DNA of 63,931 nucleotides, counting the filler, from Limisphaerales bacterium (GTDB lineage Bacteria > Verrucomicrobiota > Verrucomicrobiia > Limisphaerales > SIBE01), in assembly GCA_044225505.1 (NCBI GenBank). It is 4 parts of 4 records of this genome, joined end to end, with 100 filler letters (N's around TTAATTAATTAA, not from the genome) between each part and the next. Parts side by side here need not be neighbours in the genome. Positions count along the whole stretch, not along the records: positions 29,295 to 57,816 come from JBGAIN010000102.1; 3 more parts are not named here. One strand, given 5' to 3'. How positions within the stretch are numbered: position 1 is the stretch's first letter; each line of letters starts with the position of its first letter. Of this stretch, positions 40,768 through 51,455 are shown piece by piece. The position numbers and the translations under genes were made by a program. The notes beneath the pieces were generated by a model. That model saw nothing but the letters and a program-made list of their open reading frames with translations. It was not told the DNA's origin and made no database searches.

Positions 40768-43700
40768 ATGAAGACGTTTGGCTTAACTATCTTAAGTCCA
40801 CAGATGATATGTGGCTGCGCACCGTCCGCCCGAAACCTTTTCCCTAAAAACCCGGTCCTGCTCATCGTCCCACGGACAGCGACGCTGGTTCTCCTCGGCA
40901 TTGCGCAGATCGCGATCTCGGTGGTAAGAGCTCAGACACCTCTGATATCCGCGCGAGCACTGGACAATCGCCATGTCGAACTCTCGTGGCCCGCCACCGC
41001 ATTAACGTTCTCCTTGGAGCAATCGCCTCGGGTTGGAACAGGAGCGGCCTGGACGGCTGTTTCCGCGCCAGCAACTACCAACCAGAACCAACGTTTCGTT
41101 ACGGTCGAAACAGGGAGCGCTCAGCAGTTCTTCCGGCTCCGAACTTCCGCGGGAACACCGCTGGTCCGTTTGGTTCAGACCTCGCCTGCAACCGGCGAAG
41201 CCAATGTATCGGTCCAACGGGAGACAGTTCTCGAATTTTCAGAGCCTTTATCCTCCGGCACAGTTCTAAGTGAGGCGATGTTTAGCGCTCAAGCCGCTGG
41301 CCGAAACCTGTTGACCCGTCGCGAGCTTTCCTTCGACCGGCGACGCGCCACGCTTTTCTATCTCGAACCCGTGCCGTCAGGGGCGCACATCGTGGTTCGG
41401 CTCAATGGAGATGCTCTGACCGATTCCCAGGGGCGCGCCCTGGACGCGGACAATGACGGCCGACCGGGCGGCACCGCTCTCATCGAGTATGATACCATGA
41501 TCACAGCCGCTCTACCGGGAACCGGCGTCAGTGGATTTGTCTATGCGTCCGATCCTGTTCTCAATAACGGCGCGTTTACAAACCGACCTCTAGCAGGCGT
41601 GTTGATCACAGTCGACGGTGCCGAAGACCGACTTCGCACCGAGACGGACCAGAACGGACATTTCGTTCTTTCGCCTTCGCCCGTGGGGACATTCTTTGTT
41701 CACATCGACGGACGCCCCGCTCTGGGCAGTGACTGGCCGACTGGAGCGTATTACCCTGTTGTTGGCAAGACGTTCGATGCCGTCGCGGGCACAACCAACA
41801 CCCGACCGACTGGCGTCAGCGAGATCTACCTCCCTTGGATCGGCCCCGGAACACTCCAAGCCGTGAGTGCGACTCGCGAAACCGTGGTTTCCTTCCCGGC
41901 CGCAGTAATAGCCAACAATCCCGCCCTGGCCGGGGTTAGCCTTACCGTGCCCCCCAACTCCCTTTTCGACGACAATGGGACGCGTGGCGGCAGGGTTGGA
42001 CTCGCGCCTGTTCCCCCCGACCGCATTCCATCGCCTCTTCCGCCTGGGCTTAACCTGCCTCTGGTCATTACCGTGCAAACGGACGGTCCATCTAATTTTG
42101 ACCAGCCTGTCCCCGTGAGATTCCCAAACCTGCCCGATCCCAAAACGGGCGTGAAACTGCCGCCTGGTGCGAAGTCGGCCCTCTGGAGCTTTAATCACGA
42201 CACCGGCCGGTGGGAGATCCGAGGCAGCATGACCGTGACAGCCGATGGCAATTTTGTCGAGAGCGACCCAGGTGTGGGTATACGCCAACCAGGCTGGCAT
42301 GGAAGCAGCCCGGGGAGCACTGGACAAGGCGGCGGCGGAAATAGCGGACCGTGCTCGACTGAGCAGAAAGCATTGGAAGACGCGCTGCTGGGATGCGCGA
42401 TTGGCGCGGCTCTCGAGTTAGCCGAACTAGCTCCTGCGATTGGATGTGGTGTCAGTTTAGCATCCGCTCTGGCGTCGACCATCAACGCCTGTGGAGATCC
42501 GCAGAACAATTGCGCTGCGTCGGCAGCGTACAATGGCTTCTTCGGCGTGGCCGGTTGCATTCCTGGCGTTGGCACCTACACCGGGATACTCCAATGCTCT
42601 ATCGAGTTGGGCAGTGCGCTCGGAGACTTGGCCGCATGCCAAAGCATCAACGCCGCTGCTTCCGGACTACGCCGGCTGCAATTGCAGACGGCCGTTCAAA
42701 CGACCGACGATGCCATGGCGTTTCAAGACCGCCTCTCCGGCGCGGCCGCAACGGTGTTAGTTTCGGTCTTGGGTGATTCCCGCTGGATGGAAGCTTCCGC
42801 GCGCGATTCCTCGAACATGGTGGCGTTTGCCAATGCTTTCACTGCATCCCTTGCTCCCAATAGTGAAAGCGGATCGCGTATTTCCGCCGGCGAGCGCACG
42901 GCGCTTCTCGGATTGCCATCCCCGAACAACCTTCCTAACGAAGTTCGCAATGCGTTGTTGGATCGATTCGATCGATTTGCGCAAGGCGGCATTACTCCGG
43001 CCGAACAACAGACGATTACAGAAGCCGCAAATCAATTGGGAGCACTGAGTGCCCAAGCCCAATCGATGGGCTGGGAAACAATGCTGGACGGCTTTAAGCA
43101 GACATGGACCTCAGTGGTGAGTGAATTCGACACCGCCGCGGGCGGCGGCTATTCGGATAGCTTCGCGCAACCGCAAGGTCTTGGGGTCTCCGCCGCAACT
43201 CCGTTGAGCAGATTTATCGGACCGCCTCACGAGCGACAATTGCTCTATCGCTTGATCGATCAGTCGACCGGTTTTACCCGCTACGGGAAGACCGAGAGCA
43301 CGGGCGAGCTCAATCAGTTGATTCTTGGCGTTGACCAAGAATACATACTCACCTACCTCGACCCGACCACTCTGGAAGTAGGATCTGTTTATTTTCGATC
43401 GGGTACCGCTGGTGGACAATTCACCCTACCTCGTGCTCGACTCGCGCCCGTATCCGGACCTGATACCGATGGCGATGGGCTCGTTGACCTCGTCGAAAGC
43501 GTCGTCGGGACTGACCCGGCGTCCCCAGATACAGACCACGATGGCACCACAGACCTGGTGGAGGTGCAACAAGGCCTAAACCCACTGGACGGGTTGGCTC
43601 TCCCACAAGGCGTGTCCGCCACCTTGCCTTTAGGAAGTCGGGCGCTCGGGATCCACGTTGATGGATCACGCGCCTACATTGCGAATGGACAAGCGGGGCT

Positions 43701-46500
43701 CTCGATCGTCGATGTCACCGATCCATTGAGACCGGTTCTGGCTGGGCAGTTGGATCTCCTCGGCGAAAGTTTTGACGTTGCCTTTGCCCCGGAACATCAA
43801 ATGGTCGGTCTGCTCGCTTCCCCTGAACAAGTCCTCCCCGGTGAACGCGGCCTGATCCACTTTGTCGACGTTTCGGCCGCAAGCGCTCCGCGCTTGGTTC
43901 AAAGTTACTCCATGCCTGCGTCGTCCATCGATTCCTGGAACGGCTATTTCTACGTTGCCATTGGGCAATTTGCCGCTAAGGAAGTGCGCATTTACGACGG
44001 CAAAACGGGACTTGAGGTGGGCTGGTTTGCCACTCAAGATTACCCGACGGGCCTGCGTGTCGCAGGTGGCAGAGCGTATGTGGCAACCTCCTCAGGACTG
44101 GAAATCTTCGATATAACCCTTGCCAAGCCGATTCGGTTAGGGCGACTTGCCGGGGAATTCACGGCGGAACTACTAGGACGGGTTCATTTAGTCCTGGATG
44201 GGTCTACCCTGTTTGTTAGCAAAACCAAGGGGCCGATCACGATCGATGTTTCGGATCCGGCCGTTCCAAAGGTTCTTGGTCCATCCGTGGTAAACGCCCC
44301 GGCCGTCCGTTCACTCGCCTTGAACGGAGGCGGTCAAATGCTAGCCCTCACCATGGGCACCCCCGAGGGAGCGCCCCAAGGGCGCGCGGTGGTGTCGCTC
44401 TATGATGTGTCTGATCCTACGAAACTGGGCGTTTTTCAGTTCAGCCTTACATCGCTGGGTGCCGCTCGGGACGTCGCCTATCTGAACGGTTTCGCGCTTG
44501 TCGCGGATGATCTCGCTGGGCTGACCATTCTCAACTTTGCTTCCCCAGACCTCAATAGGCGGCCGCCCACGATTGCCTTTAGTCCCGCGAGCCTGGACCG
44601 AGACCTCAGTAAGGCTGGAGTCCAAGTGGCTGAAGGAAGTCGCGTCCAGATCACGCCCGTCGTTCGAGACGATGTGCAGGTTGACCGCGTCGAACTCATT
44701 GTTGCGGGACAGCCCGTCGCCATTCAAAGGACCTATCCCGTCGCATTTTGGCTGGACGTGCCAACACTGGCGGAGAACAACAATCAAACGTCCTTCACTT
44801 TCCAAATCCGCGCGACCGACCGAAGCGGGAACGTCACTCTGGGCGATCCTATCGTGCTGGAACTAGTGCGTGATACGGCTGGTCCCGCTTTGTTCACAGC
44901 GATGCCCACGGCCAATGGAGCTGCCTATATCGGAAAGCCACTGGTCTTGCGGTTTAACAACCCGATTCAAACCACCGTGGACCTATCCAAAGTTACCCTG
45001 CTTTACCTGGGTCAAGACGCCGTTCCCGGCGGAGGTGATGACTCTCCGATCTCAGCCAATGTCACAGCCGATCAGACCGGAGTCGTCCTTGAGATCACGG
45101 CCGCACCTCGGTCTGGCGCGTTTCGCCTGACCCTATTGTCAGGAGCGCTACGCGACCTCGCGGGTGATCCCATCGCCGAGGACATGGTTCTGGACTTTGT
45201 CGTAGTCGATGCTTCGCCAGGTGCGGCCATTTGGATTTCTGATCAGGATGGCAATTTCGATGATGCCGCCAACTGGCTGCAAGGTCGGCTCCCGCTGCAA
45301 GAAGACGCAGTCTTGCAGCGCTTCAGCAAGAAACCCACCGTCACGCTTGGAAATGGGATTGTCCGCAATATCAACATCGGATTGCCGATCAAGACGGGTA
45401 ATCGCGCCAGCCTGACAGTGCTTGGCAACCTACAGGCCTCCGAAACCGTGGACCTTGCCACAGGGTCGTTCGTCTTCCAGAAGAGTGCCGCGTTCGCCAA
45501 AGATCTATCGATCGCCGGAGCGGAAGTGGAAGCGGCCGCGCGGCTGGAAGTCCAAGGCAAGCTAACCCTCGCGCGGGGCGGAGTCTTAACCCTCACTGGG
45601 ACTGACGCCCAACTCTCGCTCGGGGGTCCACTCGATGCCACAAACTGCGGGATCGGCGTCACCGAGGGGGCGATTCTTAACTTACCGCAGCTGGTCAACC
45701 TGGACGCACCTGGCGATTTCGATGCGTTCTTTCCTGCTGGCGCCACCCTCTTCGCTCGCGGCACTGGAAGTAAACTGACACTCCCCGAGTTGGTCAGCGC
45801 CAGCGGGCCAACCAATTGGAACGTCCGAGGCGCTCCGAGCCTGCAGTTTAATGCTGAAGGCGGGACCCTCGAATTTCCCAAACTACGGACGGCCTCGGGA
45901 CGGTTCAACTTCGCCGCCAATGGCTTTGGCGGAGTTATTAGCGCACCCAAACTCGAAACCTTGACGGGTTCGGCAGCGCCTTTCCCAGCGGCCATGGAGG
46001 TTGCTAGCGGGTGTACACTCGAATTTCCTGCCCTCGTCGACATCGTGAATTGTGACGCAACCCTCGCGACGCCAGGCATTCTCCGAGGAACCCGGTTGCA
46101 CTTCGACAGCAGCAGCTCCCTGCAAGGCGACGGAACGGTGGCTGGTACTGTAGCGTTGGATGGGAAGCTAATTCTGAACGGCTTTGACCCGCTCACCATC
46201 CAGGGGGATCTGACCTTAGGCCCTTCCGCCACCGTCGAGGCCACCATTGGCTTGGGTTTAGATCAGACCTTCAACGGCAAGGTCGGGGTGCAAGGAGGCA
46301 CCACTCTCGCGGGCACGCTCCAAATTGTTTTGGCGCGTGGCTACGTTCCGAAATCGGACGCCCAATTTGAGCTCGCGACATTTGCCCACCCTTCCACCGG
46401 GGCGTTCAATATCGTCGACGACACAAGCTTGGGTTCGACGCTGAAGGGCGTTCCGACGGTCGAGCCCACTCGTCTGCTTTTGAATATTGCACCGCGCTAA
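40768..46500 (+). CDS. giant secreted multidomain surface protein (Ig-like/SbsA, Cys-rich segment, LVIVD propeller repeats, beta-helix-like C-terminus)
   Basis: 1910-aa open frame, signal peptide ending VVRA, DADNDG and DTDGDG Ca-type motifs, AYIANGQAGLSIVDVTDP LVIVD repeats. Exact start uncertain. Confidence 0.8.
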   Translation: MKTFGLTILSPQMICGCAPSARNLFPKNPVLLIVPRTATLVLLGIAQIAISVVRAQTPLISARALDNRHVELSWPATALTFSLEQSPRVGTGAAWTAVSAPATTNQNQRFVTVETGSAQQFFRLRTSAGTPLVRLVQTSPATGEANVSVQRETVLEFSEPLSSGTVLSEAMFSAQAAGRNLLTRRELSFDRRRATLFYLEPVPSGAHIVVRLNGDALTDSQGRALDADNDGRPGGTALIEYDTMITAALPGTGVSGFVYASDPVLNNGAFTNRPLAGVLITVDGAEDRLRTETDQNGHFVLSPSPVGTFFVHIDGRPALGSDWPTGAYYPVVGKTFDAVAGTTNTRPTGVSEIYLPWIGPGTLQAVSATRETVVSFPAAVIANNPALAGVSLTVPPNSLFDDNGTRGGRVGLAPVPPDRIPSPLPPGLNLPLVITVQTDGPSNFDQPVPVRFPNLPDPKTGVKLPPGAKSALWSFNHDTGRWEIRGSMTVTADGNFVESDPGVGIRQPGWHGSSPGSTGQGGGGNSGPCSTEQKALEDALLGCAIGAALELAELAPAIGCGVSLASALASTINACGDPQNNCAASAAYNGFFGVAGCIPGVGTYTGILQCSIELGSALGDLAACQSINAAASGLRRLQLQTAVQTTDDAMAFQDRLSGAAATVLVSVLGDSRWMEASARDSSNMVAFANAFTASLAPNSESGSRISAGERTALLGLPSPNNLPNEVRNALLDRFDRFAQGGITPAEQQTITEAANQLGALSAQAQSMGWETMLDGFKQTWTSVVSEFDTAAGGGYSDSFAQPQGLGVSAATPLSRFIGPPHERQLLYRLIDQSTGFTRYGKTESTGELNQLILGVDQEYILTYLDPTTLEVGSVYFRSGTAGGQFTLPRARLAPVSGPDTDGDGLVDLVESVVGTDPASPDTDHDGTTDLVEVQQGLNPLDGLALPQGVSATLPLGSRALGIHVDGSRAYIANGQAGLSIVDVTDPLRPVLAGQLDLLGESFDVAFAPEHQMVGLLASPEQVLPGERGLIHFVDVSAASAPRLVQSYSMPASSIDSWNGYFYVAIGQFAAKEVRIYDGKTGLEVGWFATQDYPTGLRVAGGRAYVATSSGLEIFDITLAKPIRLGRLAGEFTAELLGRVHLVLDGSTLFVSKTKGPITIDVSDPAVPKVLGPSVVNAPAVRSLALNGGGQMLALTMGTPEGAPQGRAVVSLYDVSDPTKLGVFQFSLTSLGAARDVAYLNGFALVADDLAGLTILNFASPDLNRRPPTIAFSPASLDRDLSKAGVQVAEGSRVQITPVVRDDVQVDRVELIVAGQPVAIQRTYPVAFWLDVPTLAENNNQTSFTFQIRATDRSGNVTLGDPIVLELVRDTAGPALFTAMPTANGAAYIGKPLVLRFNNPIQTTVDLSKVTLLYLGQDAVPGGGDDSPISANVTADQTGVVLEITAAPRSGAFRLTLLSGALRDLAGDPIAEDMVLDFVVVDASPGAAIWISDQDGNFDDAANWLQGRLPLQEDAVLQRFSKKPTVTLGNGIVRNINIGLPIKTGNRASLTVLGNLQASETVDLATGSFVFQKSAAFAKDLSIAGAEVEAAARLEVQGKLTLARGGVLTLTGTDAQLSLGGPLDATNCGIGVTEGAILNLPQLVNLDAPGDFDAFFPAGATLFARGTGSKLTLPELVSASGPTNWNVRGAPSLQFNAEGGTLEFPKLRTASGRFNFAANGFGGVISAPKLETLTGSAAPFPAAMEVASGCTLEFPALVDIVNCDATLATPGILRGTRLHFDSSSSLQGDGTVAGTVALDGKLILNGFDPLTIQGDLTLGPSATVEATIGLGLDQTFNGKVGVQGGTTLAGTLQIVLARGYVPKSDAQFELATFAHPSTGAFNIVDDTSLGSTLKGVPTVEPTRLLLNIAPR

Positions 46501-46582
46501 GCAGCCCGAGACATTAGTTAAGAAAGTCCTCGAAGTCTTCGGCCGACCTAGGCGCCCCCTTGTCGGCTTGGGGCGGATGACG

Positions 46583-49500
46583 TCAGTTCTTTCGCAAACG
46601 AAAAAAACGCAATGCGCTTCCCGGAACGTTAGTGACCACGATTGGGACCGCACTCCCGCCCGCCGTTCCTTGAACTACCTCCCAAACAAGCTTTTCATTC
46701 AGCCAGGAAGAAGCCTCCAGGACGACGTTCCCATCCGTATTGGGCCAGCTCAGAAGAATGCCTTTACCTGATGACGCAGCTTTAATCCGCGGCACAGGTT
46801 CCGCAGCGTCATCCGTCCCGGGTGATCCGTCCACCCTGGCACTGACCCGCCACGACCCTGGATCGCTCAGATTGCCAGGCGCGTCAGAATCGACGAGCAC
46901 GAGCGAATAGCCGTTCCCATCGGCTAGTGAAGGCCATGGCGAACGGTCCCCATACGCGAATGAGATAACTTCGGATCCATCACTCTGAGACAGGGTAATT
47001 GTCTCTCCAGAATTCTCCAGGTTTCCGCTGAAAACGCCCTGCGCTGGTATTCCTGGATATTTGGCCGCAAACTGCGTCAGATTCTTCGCTAGCAGAAAAA
47101 ACTGACTTGGCCCCAGCACAGTCCCGTTTGTAAAGGCGTAGTGTATTCCGGCCGAAAAATACAGCCCTCCGAGATCTAGAGAAACCTCCCCTTGATTCTT
47201 GAGTTCAATGTATTCGAACTCATCTCCGTCAACGGTCCCTTGCGCCGGTGGATGATACATAAGTTCTGTCACGCGCAACTGGCCCAAGTCCTGTCGGGGA
47301 TGAAAAGTCGCTTCTGCCAACGGACTCCAATTGTCGCCGGAAAGTACTCTCGCTTTGACCGTCACACTGCGATCCAAACTCACGGGCCGTTGATACGGGA
47401 TAGCGCTCCCTGCCGTCTTTCCCCCTGGTTCCCGTGGGTCGTTTCCATCCAGAGTGAACCACACTACGCCCGCCTTATTCGTATGGGTCACGGTTAGGGC
47501 AGCGCCCGGATCCAACTCCCCGCCCCAGACGGAAAAATGCGGCGCCCCCACGCTCGGCGGCCACAGACCCTGGTTGCGAAGTTGCTTCAAGACAATCCCC
47601 GGCCGATCAGGAAAGTAATTCTGTAGTTTCGCGTTGGCGCCATCTTTCCAGTCCTCGGCAGTAATTGGCTCGCTTGGATATTGTGCGTCTCCCCACCGGG
47701 CGGACTCCCCCAGCACCGCCCGGTCAATCTCGTCCATGCGCTTCCGGAATCGGCTGGTGCACGCCTCGACCGTCAGAGCACCCGCGTTAAAGAAATGTTT
47801 CTGAATCCGATCAGCGATGAGCAATCTGAACTCGGCATTCTGTCGGAGCCGAGACCAGAGATAGTGTGGATTCAGCCGATCGGGCCCATCGCCTCGGGCA
47901 GGATCGCCTCGCCTCGATAATCCCGCCCGGTTGTCGTTGACGTCCAGCAACGACAACTCCGCGTCATGAGTGACAAATCGGAACCCCTCCGTGCTACGGC
48001 GGGATCGAAAGGCATAATAGTTGTTCAGAAACCCGTTATTGAGATCTCCAGATATCGGACCGTCTACGTCTCCGATCCAAATGATCGTGAGCATGAAGTC
48101 GACAAGGTTCACCATGTCGAGCAAGTTCGTCAGGCCCGGATTAACCACGCCGTTTGGATCTCTCCCTTGGACCGCGAAGTAGCTTGCGTTGCCGCTAAAC
48201 CCATTCGTGGCCGCTTGCCAGAGTTGGTTCCAGGCAGACGCATTGCCATCGGTCACGGTCATGACATATCCAGATTGAGGATCTGGTTTGAGAACATCGT
48301 AATCCTCCGCTTCACCTCCGAAGTAGCGTGACGCATAACTCGCTTCCGGCCGCTCGCAAGTGTTGTACAGTCCCCAGTACTGCCCGTTGATATAGACGTG
48401 AACAAAGCCGCCGCGCTCGCCGGGCTGGCCTAACGCCAAGAGCGTATCGCGCGCGAACGGATCGTTCAAAAAATGGGCATCTCGCACCCCAAGATAAGCC
48501 CAAGACCCGTCTTGCGTCGTCCGTAGATCAAACTGATCATGCGAGCTTGCGCCTGCCACACCGAATATCGGGTAACGCAATGCCGACGCTCCATACTCCG
48601 ACCGAAAATAGAACCGGAATGAATGTTTCGGGTTGTCACTCGATCGACTAAACCCACCACGGATCCGAACTCCGCAGTTTTCCTGAAATCCCCTCCCGCC
48701 GTCCGGACGCAGCCATTCGATGGAGCAACTCCGTTCCCAGGCTTTGCCCTCGCCATTGGCGTTGGCGTATATTCCGATGTCCCGATCAAAAAGGTTGGCT
48801 AAGTCCGTCACGAGAGAGACCGTCGGGATCGCTTTCAGGGCATTAACCATTTCACCCTTCCACAACGGGTTATCGACAATGTCCGGATCCATTCCGTAGT
48901 CGACCTTGTTCTCACCCCATTGCGCCGGCCAGCCTGGCGGTGGCGCACCGTCCGCCGATTGTCGCACTACATCCGCGGGAAAAAGGTAGGTTTGTGTGTC
49001 GACACTGGATGGCTTGAAGCCCGGCTTTTCCGCTCGTGCCCGAATTACGGTCGTTCCGCGAATCACCACGGGCAGGGTGTAGAGAACGCCATTGGTCGAG
49101 CTGGGTGAGGATCCGTTGACAGTGTAGTAAATGCGAGCCGCCGGGTCCGCGCAACGGATCACGAGTTCAAACGGTCCGCTATAGATCCCTCGGTCATGAT
49201 CGAACTTAGTGTCCGGAAGCGGTGGCAGCGGCACAGTCGAATCCAAACCGACCATAATTCCAAAGTCGCTGCTTTCCAGAGCGCGGTTGAACGCTTGAAC
49301 CGCTAGTATGTTGGCACCATCGTGCAACAACTTGCCCGCCTTGGGAACAGGGAAGTTCAAAAAGGGCACCGGTTCAGTGGGCGAGTCGAAGGCGACAGCG
49401 TCATACGCTAAGTCGCCGTCCGGCACATTGTAGCGGGCCACTTCAGTCCCATTAAGCCACGCGATAAATCCGTCGTCCACCGCCACACGGAGGGTCAACT

Positions 49501-49906
49501 CTTCCACATTGGTCGCACTCGCCAAATTGAAAACTCTTCGCAAACAGACGCTCGTATATCCGTTCTGCATATCGCCCAACCGTGTCCCCGCAAACGGTTC
49601 TCCCTCAAAGAAAGGAGGTTCATCACCGGCTGTAGAGTAGTAAATCGGGCTGACTGCGTTCTCCCAACTGGTGTCGTTAAACGTGATCTCGCGCCAATGA
49701 CTCGTTGGCAAGGACGCTTCTTTTCGCCCGCGCCACAGCTTCCAAACCGTCCTTTCTGCAGGCAAAATTTCGGCCGCGTTTAAGTGGATGGCCGCAAGGC
49801 AACTCCATAGGATCGCCACCAACACGATGCGAGTCGAGATCGGCACCTCGGCCCAGATTCGGCGACGCGTTGCCTGATTCGAGTATATATCGGTGTGCAA
49901 GCCCAA
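46583..49906 (-). CDS. secreted CotH-kinase-like protein with Fn3-associated and lamin-tail domains
   Basis: IYYTVNGSSP and WFTLDGNDP (Fn3_assoc), RIRGGFSR..PKHSFR, YINGQYWGLY..ER (CotH), VTELMYHP..EYIELKN (LTD), C-terminal FFRL. Start uncertain. Confidence 0.85.
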   Translation of the reverse strand: MGLHTDIYSNQATRRRIWAEVPISTRIVLVAILWSCLAAIHLNAAEILPAERTVWKLWRGRKEASLPTSHWREITFNDTSWENAVSPIYYSTAGDEPPFFEGEPFAGTRLGDMQNGYTSVCLRRVFNLASATNVEELTLRVAVDDGFIAWLNGTEVARYNVPDGDLAYDAVAFDSPTEPVPFLNFPVPKAGKLLHDGANILAVQAFNRALESSDFGIMVGLDSTVPLPPLPDTKFDHDRGIYSGPFELVIRCADPAARIYYTVNGSSPSSTNGVLYTLPVVIRGTTVIRARAEKPGFKPSSVDTQTYLFPADVVRQSADGAPPPGWPAQWGENKVDYGMDPDIVDNPLWKGEMVNALKAIPTVSLVTDLANLFDRDIGIYANANGEGKAWERSCSIEWLRPDGGRGFQENCGVRIRGGFSRSSDNPKHSFRFYFRSEYGASALRYPIFGVAGASSHDQFDLRTTQDGSWAYLGVRDAHFLNDPFARDTLLALGQPGERGGFVHVYINGQYWGLYNTCERPEASYASRYFGGEAEDYDVLKPDPQSGYVMTVTDGNASAWNQLWQAATNGFSGNASYFAVQGRDPNGVVNPGLTNLLDMVNLVDFMLTIIWIGDVDGPISGDLNNGFLNNYYAFRSRRSTEGFRFVTHDAELSLLDVNDNRAGLSRRGDPARGDGPDRLNPHYLWSRLRQNAEFRLLIADRIQKHFFNAGALTVEACTSRFRKRMDEIDRAVLGESARWGDAQYPSEPITAEDWKDGANAKLQNYFPDRPGIVLKQLRNQGLWPPSVGAPHFSVWGGELDPGAALTVTHTNKAGVVWFTLDGNDPREPGGKTAGSAIPYQRPVSLDRSVTVKARVLSGDNWSPLAEATFHPRQDLGQLRVTELMYHPPAQGTVDGDEFEYIELKNQGEVSLDLGGLYFSAGIHYAFTNGTVLGPSQFFLLAKNLTQFAAKYPGIPAQGVFSGNLENSGETITLSQSDGSEVISFAYGDRSPWPSLADGNGYSLVLVDSDAPGNLSDPGSWRVSARVDGSPGTDDAAEPVPRIKAASSGKGILLSWPNTDGNVVLEASSWLNEKLVWEVVQGTAGGSAVPIVVTNVPGSALRFFRLRKN

Positions 49907-50129
49907 TGCAGCTTACCAAATCCCCTGCAAGTTCCGGACCAGACGGACTCAGAGCGTTGCGACACCGCCAGGTTTACACCGCTTCGTGATACTTTCCAAA
50001 CCGCGGTTATTGCTTTTGCGAAGTGCCCTTGGGAAACGTCCCGGCGATGCGAAGGGATGTCCGAATCCTGTGCAAGTTACACCCATTCCAAAGCCAGCTC
50101 CTGTCGCTTTCCAGCCGCGTCGACCGCTT

Positions 50130-51452
50130 CTATCCCGTGAGGACCTGGTCACAGACTCGAAACAGCGTTTCGATATCGCTCGGTCGGGTGTGCACGTGTG
50201 TGGAAATTCGAAACCGCTCACCCGCAATCGCACAGACGTTCACTTGTTGCAACGCAGGTCCTAGTTTATCCAGGTGGGGCGAGTGACAACGGAAGGAGAC
50301 CATTGCGTGGTAAAACTGATCGTCGTCCGACGTGACAAGTTCCAAGTAATCGCGACGCTTCACGTGTTCCACCACCATGCGAGCGAGTTGATGAGTTCGT
50401 TCGTAGATTCGCTCCGATCCGATCCGCTTAAAGAAGCGCAAACCCTCCATCATGCCATCGAACGGGGCGCGGTTGTTCGTGCCCATCATCATGAACCGGG
50501 CGGCATGCAAGTCTTGGGTATTATCCCAACCCGACGTTGCGACACATGGCCAAAGATGCTCGAGGGCACTCCCCCTGCCGTAAAGCAACCCACAACCCGC
50601 AGGCGCAAAGAGCCATTTATGAGGGCTCCCCGCAAAGTAATCGCACTCGAGTTCCTGCAAATGGACGGGAATCTGTCCGTCCATATGCGCCCCATCCACT
50701 ACCGACAGCACGCCGCGGTCCCTGGCCGCACGGCAAAGCTCGCGGGTTGGGAGAATTAGGCCGGTCGGACTCGTAATCCCGCTAAAGCTGAGCACCCGCG
50801 TTCGCGAGCTGATCGCGGCAAGGAGTGGTGTTATGAGATCGGCGGGGGTCTTGGGCGAAGTCGGAATCGCCACTTCCCGAACAATGATGCCTGCCCTCGC
50901 GGCCCGTAGCTTCCATCCCGAGGAACCGCCGCCATGTTCCTGGTCCGTCAGGATAACCTCATCTCCCGCTTTCAGATCCAGGCCGTTGGCGATAATGCTC
51001 ATCGCTTCCGTGCAGTTATGGGTGAACGCGAGCTCCTCCTTCGTGCAGCCCAGGAATTCCGCCATCTCAGCACGATCGGACTCCAACGTCTCATAGCCCC
51101 AGCGCACGATGTTATCGGTCGAGTACTCGGCAGCCCGTGTGGTGGTTGCGATGATCGTCTGCAAAACCGATTTTGGAACAACGCCTAGGCTGCCGTTGTT
51201 TAAGAAAACCCGATTCTCCGGGAGGAGGAAATGCTCGGATCGGAGTTGGGACCAAAACCGTTCCGGATCGGACGGCAGCAATCCGAGATGGGGCAGATCG
51301 GGTCCGGACTCGGCGCCCCGGGTAACGGGCAGCCCGGCCGCCGCAGCCAGCCATGCGAGCTGGCGCAACGCCCCGCGCCGAGTAACCCGGCTTGAAGAAC
51401 CCGTCAGGAGAGGAGTGCCCGCCACAGGACCCGCTGCGATGAGGGGAGTCAC
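50130..51452 (-). CDS. class V aminotransferase (cysteine desulfurase / isopenicillin-N epimerase-like), Tat signal
   Basis: TRRGAL twin-Arg, FLNNGSLG, VDGAH, GSPHKWL (PLP lysine). Confidence 0.88.
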   Translation of the reverse strand: MTPLIAAGPVAGTPLLTGSSSRVTRRGALRQLAWLAAAAGLPVTRGAESGPDLPHLGLLPSDPERFWSQLRSEHFLLPENRVFLNNGSLGVVPKSVLQTIIATTTRAAEYSTDNIVRWGYETLESDRAEMAEFLGCTKEELAFTHNCTEAMSIIANGLDLKAGDEVILTDQEHGGGSSGWKLRAARAGIIVREVAIPTSPKTPADLITPLLAAISSRTRVLSFSGITSPTGLILPTRELCRAARDRGVLSVVDGAHMDGQIPVHLQELECDYFAGSPHKWLFAPAGCGLLYGRGSALEHLWPCVATSGWDNTQDLHAARFMMMGTNNRAPFDGMMEGLRFFKRIGSERIYERTHQLARMVVEHVKRRDYLELVTSDDDQFYHAMVSFRCHSPHLDKLGPALQQVNVCAIAGERFRISTHVHTRPSDIETLFRVCDQVLTG

Positions 51453-51455
51453 AGC

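Noticed and set aside
45243..46247. Long antisense ORFs (also 31491-32273, 41590-42327, 52011-52652, 58085-58759)
   Set aside because: They lie opposite well-supported genes and show no motifs; expected shadows in GC-rich coding DNA
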